NCBI GenBank assembly: GCA_964016885.1
Contig: OZ024743.1
Span: forward strand, 107,012,001 to 107,076,000
Reading direction: 5' to 3'
From: Eledone cirrhosa
Lineage: Eukaryota
DNA: 64,000 bases
The first letter of the stretch is position 1. Every line of letters starts with the position of its first letter. A program made the position numbers and the translations under genes. This document shows positions 57,251 through 64,000 of this stretch, one piece after another. Below the pieces are notes generated by a model. That model made no database searches. It was not told where the DNA came from and was given only the letters and a program-made list of their open reading frames with translations.

Positions 57251-60200
57251 CTACAGTCGCATGAACAGAGTAGGCCCACTCACACGGGCCATTCTCGCCA
57301 CATTCACCCACCTTTCAGCAAATGTACTGGGGGGGCAGCACTTCTCTCTCACCGCCACCTTCCTTTCCAAGTGAAACTTGAAGAAGTTGATGAGGGATTG
57401 GCCGAAGAGAAAAGTGTCTGTCTTCAGTCCTTTCAAACTCGTCCACCATGCAACCTCTTTCGCTACTGCCACCAGGCAGAGGAAAATTGCCTGCCCTTCC
57501 TGGCCAAAAGAAGGCGGCGGTCCGATCTTCACTATGGACTCGGCCGTTAGCCGGATCCGTTCTAAACGCGACAACAGCTGTTCGACATAACTCCACATGT
57601 CAGTAATGCACAGACACAGGACGAGTGCGTGCAAAACGGTTTTGTCGCTCCGCGCGCATCTCGGGTAGGACCGTCTGACAGCACTTCCACCGTGCCTGTA
57701 GAGTTTATCTCTAACCGGGAGTGCCTCCCGGTAGCACTGCCAAGCGAGGGATTTTTGGAAATTATCCATCGTCCCCGGCTCGAAAGTCCTCCGGAACAGA
57801 CTGGTAACTTCGACTTCGTCGACTCCCAGAGCCTCTCCGAGTGCGTCGTCGCACTTCCCACCACTAATCCTCTATAGAACTCGAGAGTGGAAGTTCCACT
57901 GACCGCATTGCCCGCCTGGTAGAGGGCAGTGAGTTCCTGGCAACATTCCAGATGCCAGTCACCCAGTCTCCGACTCTTCTTGACCCAGGACTGCAGCTCA
58001 ATCAAAGAAAGAGCTGCGGAAAGGCCCGCCTGATAAACGGCGACCACACATGTTCACCGTTTAGGCAGAATATCTGGAGATGCCGCAGCCTCAGCGCGTG
58101 TCTGCGCATCATTATCCATGGCATGCCCAGCCCTCCACGTAGAGGGTGCTGGCAGCAGATGGACCGCCTCACCAGCGGAACCTGACCCCTCCACAAGAAT
58201 TTGAAGAGGGGTCGCTCCAAGATGGCGAGGCGCGAACGGGGGCAAGGGACGACGGTCAGACGGTAGTAGATGACGGACGCGATGTATGCGTTCGCCAACT
58301 TTCATTGATAGCTTCCTCCCAGCCCATTTTTGGGTGAGACTGGCTACCCTGCCCGTCACCTCGTCCCAATTCTTATCCACCTGGAGGTCTGGCCCGAAAC
58401 AAACCCCGAGCAACTTTACCAGTCCGTCCCTCCAGCACCTAACGACGCTGTTGGACGGCATGGACTTGCCTCTCCAGGTGCTGAGTTGCAAGCCCACCGA
58501 CTTTTCCGGGTTAAGTTTGGCTCCCGTCAACCTTTCAGATTCCTCCAATAAGTTGCCGACCACCTCGATTTCTGAGATGTCCAACACCATCACGGTGATG
58601 TCGTCCGCATAAGCCGACACAGCGTCGAACGGGATGCCCTGCAACGGATCCAGCTTCCGCAGTAAAGGCTCGAGAGTCAATACGTACAGAAGAGAGGAGA
58701 GAGGGCACCCTTGACAGACCTATCGGGAGACCTGAAACGATTCCGAGAGATGGCCATTAATTTTGACCACCGAACAGGTGCCGCTGTGCATTACAGCGAT
58801 CCAGCTTCTGAAGACGGGGCCAAAGCCAGCCGCCTTTAGGACAGCCTCCAGGCACCGATGGTCGACCCTATCGAATGCTTTCGATTGATCTAAATTGATC
58901 AGAGCCCCACCGAAGCCAGGATTACATACTACCCTCTCTATGATGTATCGCATTAGGTGGAGGTTGTCGTGTATGGACCTGGTTGGGATTGCGCAAGTTT
59001 GCGTCTCCCCAACCAAATCCCCGACTACAAGCGCCAACATCTTCTCTTATACCCTGGCCAAAATCTTAATCTCTGTGTTGAGCAGAGTTATGGGCCTGAA
59101 ATTGTCTAATGTGTCCCTCTTATTCTCGTCTTTTCTTATCAGCGTCACTACGCCCCGGCTCACAGAACTGGGAATACTTCCGTTTTGCTGCCAGTTGCAG
59201 TAGAGGGCTTCGAGGAGATTGGAGAACAAGTTTAGCATTTTTACGTAAAGCTCGTAGGGCAGACCATCCAAACCGGGTGACTTGCGCCTCATGCAGCCAA
59301 CAAGGGCATCCTGAATCGCGGCTGAAGTAATTAGCCTTTCGCAGCGCCCAGTGTCAGCCGTCGAGAGTTGTGGCAAGCCATCGAGGTAGGGAATGAAGTC
59401 CGCCACCGTCTCTGAACCCCCACTTCCCCCGAACAACCGAGCAAAATGTTGGCGAAAGGCCTCACACATCCTCTTGAAATCGTTCCGCTCGTGACCGTCT
59501 CGGTCCGTTAAAGACCGAATCGTGGTTTATTACCACGCTGCGCCTCTGCCACACGGGCCCATCGAACAGCTTTGGTTCCCTCGTTTCTCAGAGCACGCGC
59601 CTTAGCTCTGACAATGCAACCTTCGTGTTTCGCATTGAAGAAATGGTCTAATGCCATTCTCGCCGCTAGCACCTCAGTTGCAATGCCACTACCAATAGCC
59701 TCGTCTAACTTATCTACCAACTCCCCCTCCTTTCTATGTTTCTCTAACGCTACTTATTTGTTAAACTCTATCGACATTACTCTAATCTCTCTTTTGAGAG
59801 CCCCTCACCATCTATTGTTGAGGACTCCCCCTGTCAACTTTTTCTTAACTAAATTGTTTACTCGGTCCCTGTAAGCCTTACCTGCCGGATATGACATGTT
59901 TAGCTTCCATTAACGAGGTCCTAACCTACGCGTCTTATGTAGGTCGACCATACAGATCACAAATTTGTGATCTGAATAGGCGACCGTTTTAAAACGTGGA
60001 CAGCTTATACTATTTCTGTCTATTTTCCTAATGAATATCCTGTCTATATACGATCTAGATGACGTTATGCGGTTAGTCCAGGTCCACACTGGCGCAATAG
60101 GAAAATCTAGTCGGTATCTGTCAGACATTTAGAACTGGCTTATCAGGTTCTTGGGGCTTTTGCACCCCCCTCTCCTATCGGATACTCCCACACAGTCCCA

Positions 60201-60645
60201 GCGTGCGTCTAATATGCCGTTCCAGTCCCCCGCTAACAGTAAAGGTCGAGACGTACCCAGAAAGGCTTCCAGGCGTCTAAAGATGTCCGGCCGTCCTTCC
60301 CTAGTAGGGTCATAGACGGCCACCAATCTAAAGGCACCACCTTCGTTATTGTTCACGTCCAGGACCACCAACGTCCCGTCCGGGTCCCGGAAGATCGACC
60401 TTACCTCGAGATCCAGGCCTTTCCTAAACAGCACTGCCACCCCACCTCCCATTCCCGGCCGGCTAACAGATGCAAAGATCTGATAGTTGTCGAAAATAAG
60501 GGCCAGTACGCGCGCGTCTGAAATCCTGGTCTCGCTGACGGCAATTACATCCATTTCTAGAGATCTGAGATCGTTGAGCAGGTGACCCTGCTTCCAGGAC
60601 TATCCCAGGCCTCGAACATTTAAACTTCTTACTCTTAATATGGGC
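57251..60645 (-). pseudogene. ORF2 of copy B (APE-RT), multiple stops
   Basis: Motifs VSETR, LAGDWNG, SRSYIDRIF, YSDHKFV, KSPGLDGLPYELY, LDQSKAFDRVDH, AYADD, spread over several ORF fragments. Confidence 0.9.
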
Positions 60646-60681
60646 AAGTTGGCAGGTTAAAACGAGAGAGAGAGGAAAAGT

Positions 60682-62680
60682 TTACTTACCTTCCAGGATC
60701 TTGTGAAGGTGGGGTGGTTCGACCTCCATAGTTGGTGGGGTTTCTTTTGAGAACCCCTTTAAAAATCTTGAAGTGCGTTTTACGTTCGGGGTTCCCACGT
60801 CCTGAAGAAAGCTATCTCGTATCTCTTTGTATAAATCGAGCGACATTCTCACCCGAAACAAATCTTCCGGCACGCGAAATGTGCTCGATTTAAAATTTTC
60901 CCCCTCTTTCTGTATATTTTCACTTCGTGCTACAAGGGCCATCCGTTCCTTGTTGGCTCTCCTGACGAGCACGAAGTTTTGTATGTTTTGTTGGTGTGAT
61001 TTTATTTGTTTGCGTGGATATGGTGGTGATGGTTTTGGTGTGTTGTTTCGGTGGTGTCTGTGTTTGTTGTGAGTGCGGTGTCTGTGGTTTCAGATGTTTG
61101 CGTGTGTATTTGTTCTTGCGTCTGTTTAGGTTGTTTGAGTTGGGGGATTCTGGTGATGGTGATGGTGATGGTGTGTTGATGTTGGTCTTATTGGAGATCT
61201 GTTGCGTGGGTGGTGTCTGCATTTTTTATTGTGGGTGATTTTGTGCTTTGTTGAGTTTTTCTTTCCTTTTTGTGTTTCCTTTTTTGTATTTTGGGGGATT
61301 TGGGTTTTCCCTCATCTTCACTACTGGTAGATGAGGGGTCTGTGTCTGTAAGTGTGTCTGTAAGTGTGTCTGTGTGTTTATGTATTTATTTGTGTGTGTA
61401 TTTTTTTGGGGGGGGGATTTGAAAACTTTCCTCGTTATCCCCCTGGGTGGTCTATGTTGGTGGTGGTCTTTCTATTGGTGTTGTTGTTGGTGTTTTGCCG
61501 GTGGTGATGTTGTTTGTGGTCCTTGCCCCGGCGTCAGCAGCAGTAGAGCCTTTCGAACCCTTCCATCTTTCAGCAGTTGGGGGAAGAAGGCTCGCAAATG
61601 TTTTTTTTCCCCACAAACAAAACAATGCGCCCTTTTGCCCTCGGCCATAATATGAATAAACGTCCGATTCTGAAGGCGGATCTGGTCCGGGATTGTCTTC
61701 ACATTCTCGGGCCTTATCTGGAGAAGGATCTCCAGGTCAACCCCGGACCAGTCCTCGCTGGCTGTTCTGGTCACTTCTATCGGGACGGTATCCGTCCCCT
61801 CCACAATCACACATCCCAGAAGCCACTACATGTCAAGTCCTGGTGGGATTCTGGGAATGCGGAGACGGGCCGTTCTTTTTCCCATGTGGGAGGGGGTACA
61901 TTATGACCTTGCTGGTTTTGCAAGGATTCATAGCGTATTCCATAGCGAGGGCTTCTGACTTGAACAGCACCGAAATGGTGCCGTACTGTCTGCCCCTCGC
62001 TATGTATTCGGTGTCTTCTCTGATGCACCTCAGCGCGACTTCGACATCTGCTTGTGGGATTAAAGCCGCCCTTTTGGTTTGTGCTGAGATGCATCTATAA
62101 TGCACCGTTCTGCGCTCCACTGCCTCAATAGCTTCTACCGGGACTGTTAACTTGGGCCAGATTTGCTCTTGCTTGATGAGCTTCCATGCATGGGCCAACT
62201 TTTCCTCTTTGTTTGAGAGGTCCATGTTGAAGCATGGCCTCTTTTTTGCTGCTGACGCAGCGAAAGTGTTCTTCTTGTTGTCGTTGGGGTGTTGTTGTCG
62301 TTGTCGTTGATCTTGTTGGTGTTGTTGTTATCACTGTCGCTGTTATCATTGTTGTCTTTGGTGCCACCGTTGTTCTCGGTGCAGTTGGTATTGTTGCTGT
62401 TGGTGTTGTCGCTATTTGTTTTCATGTTAGTGGTGTTGATATTGTTGTTGCATTTGTCATTTTTTTTTGTTATCTGTATATTCGTTGTCGCTGTGACTGT
62501 CATTTTTTTCAAAATTAGAGCTCTCATTGGTATCATTGGTGTCTTTGTTTACATTGTTTGTGGTGGTGTTTGTGTTATCAATTTCTGTTAATTTCACCGT
62601 AGCGCTCCTCTCAACGTCTATGTCGTTATCGCACGACAGCAGACATATCGCTGGGGAGGGGGGGGGGGGGGCTCAGCCAT
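60682..62680 (-). pseudogene. ORF1 (gag-like) of copy B
   Basis: RGRQYGTISVLF parallels RGQKYGTVDVFF of copy A. Knuckle RAHCFVCGEKKHL. Asn/Thr-rich N-terminus. Start approximate. Confidence 0.7.
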
Positions 62681-62890
62681 GTTTTTTATTTTGTTTTTTT
62701 TTCTCGATAATCTTTTAAAATGTAAAAAAGTTCAAATATTTGGGCAAAAAGGCCCAAATATTATTTTTTCCCCTTCACAGGGCAAAGTCCAACGGCTTGT
62801 ATGCCTTACACAACAACAACAAATTCAATAAATCAGTTTCGATATGTAAATAGACGTCCGTTCAGACTCAATAATAATTATAATAATAAT

Positions 62891-63035
62891 TGTTTCTACT
62901 TTAGGCACAAGGCCAGCAATTACCCAGTTCATTACTGGTACTTTATTTTATCGACCCCGTAAGGATGAAAGGCAAAGTTAACCTCGGCGGGATTTGAACT
63001 CATATCGTAAAGGGACGTAACTATGCTGGAAAGCA
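62891..63035 (-). mobile_element. tRNA-derived SINE (5'-truncated) with (TTA)n tail
   Basis: Second copy of 42155-42305. B-box-like GAGTTCAAATCC on the minus strand (~62990-63001). The 3' end runs into the AAT tract at 62870-62890. Confidence 0.75.
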
Positions 63036-63214
63036 AATAATAAATGTTCGCTCTACATGGCTGAATACAATAAATGTAATCTGATTTTTTCGAATATTAA
63101 TAATAATATTTGAATGGTTTGCAATTATGCAAACAGGCCTCATTTGTATAGCCATGTCAGTAGAATGAACCCCTCTTTCTTCCTCTTGTATTGGCATGTA
63201 AACAGAACTGCAGA

Positions 63215-63250
63215 CACTAATGTTTCTGGGTATTACCCTTCATCAGTACA
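63215..63250 (-). ncRNA. Degenerate hammerhead-like core
   Basis: Minus strand reads CTGATGA|A|GGGTA-a-TACCC|A|GAAA|CAT|TA, resembling the 42025 motif. Stem I is poor. Confidence 0.45.
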
Positions 63251-64000
63251 GTTCACTGTTCACCTGCCAGAGCTAGTGAAAATATATGATGTTTTCTAAA
63301 ATACGGCCTGGTTTGCATATTAGCAGACTAGCTGATCAATCAGATCTTCACATTAGCGGATCCACTGATCACCCAGATTTGTATATCAGCAGACTGGCCA
63401 GTCAGTTTCCTATATATGAGCGATCAATGGCTGCTTTTCCATATAAAAAAAACAAAAAACATTTATTATATATATATATATGATGAAGCATAGGTAAATA
63501 AATTATTTATGGTTTATAGATTCAGGGTATTTGTGTTTTTGCAATTCAGCACATATTTATATTTTTCCCCACACATTATGGGTATATCTGAGTCTGTGAA
63601 TATACTTGAGCGAATGAAAATGTATGTGATAGTGGATGTATCAAATATTGTATGTATCTGATAGTGTCTCCATTAATTAGTTCTTATTTGGGGAGTCGAA
63701 TATTATACTACCCAAATCTAGTTTATTTAATGCTGGGAAACTATTTCTGGGGTCAAGTTTATACTGATTATCTCCCATAGACGTTTTTTTCCACTGTTTC
63801 TTTTTTAAGTGAAGGTGTCAGCATCTAATAACCTAAAAATATCAAAACTCCAAAAAATCTTATTCGGTCCGTATAGTCTTGATTCTTAAGATGAGGAAAT
63901 TAGTAACATATCCCATGATAAACAAAGTTTTTCAGTGAGAAAACTTCACCATTGTTTTTTTTTTTTGTTCTCTGATGAGTTTGAGCTGTGATTGTATTAG

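Larger units (their letters stand above)
56988..62869 (-). mobile_element. Full-length Tx1/L1-clade LINE, copy B (different subfamily, more decayed)
   Basis: Colinear with copy A but diverged. AATAAA on the minus strand at 56995-57000. (AAT)n at 56970-56987 and 62870-62890. Confidence 0.92.

Noticed and set aside
51260-62718. Plus-strand ORFs overlapping the Tx1 elements
   Set aside because: Antisense shadows of LINE coding sequence with no independent motifs.
63970-64000. CTGATGAG near the window end
   Set aside because: No GAAA partner is visible before the sequence ends, so it cannot be assessed.

Overview
Repeat-saturated eukaryotic (animal) DNA with no supportable host gene. The dense (TA)n/(CA)n/(AAT)n microsatellites and the SINE type suggest a cephalopod such as octopus (inference). 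Contents in order: (1) a decayed Tx1/L1-type LINE at 1.35-3.65 kb; (2) a 28-kb G/T-skewed satellite of ~20-bp monomers (5.88-33.99 kb), containing a near-exact 2762-bp internal duplication; (3) at least seven short fold-back (inverted-arm) elements, each inside a (TA)n tract, most carrying a whole or partial hammerhead ribozyme core, which is the architecture of Penelope-like element ends; (4) a 914-bp non-autonomous Helitron whose empty site survives in a nearby duplicate; (5) a 46-63 kb cluster in which R4/Dong-type RLE retrotransposons (+), two Tx1-type LINEs (-) and a SINE (-) have 3' ends abutting (AAT)n tracts. Nearly all ORFs in the supplied track are spurious translations of satellite or microsatellite. 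All alignments and folds were done by eye.
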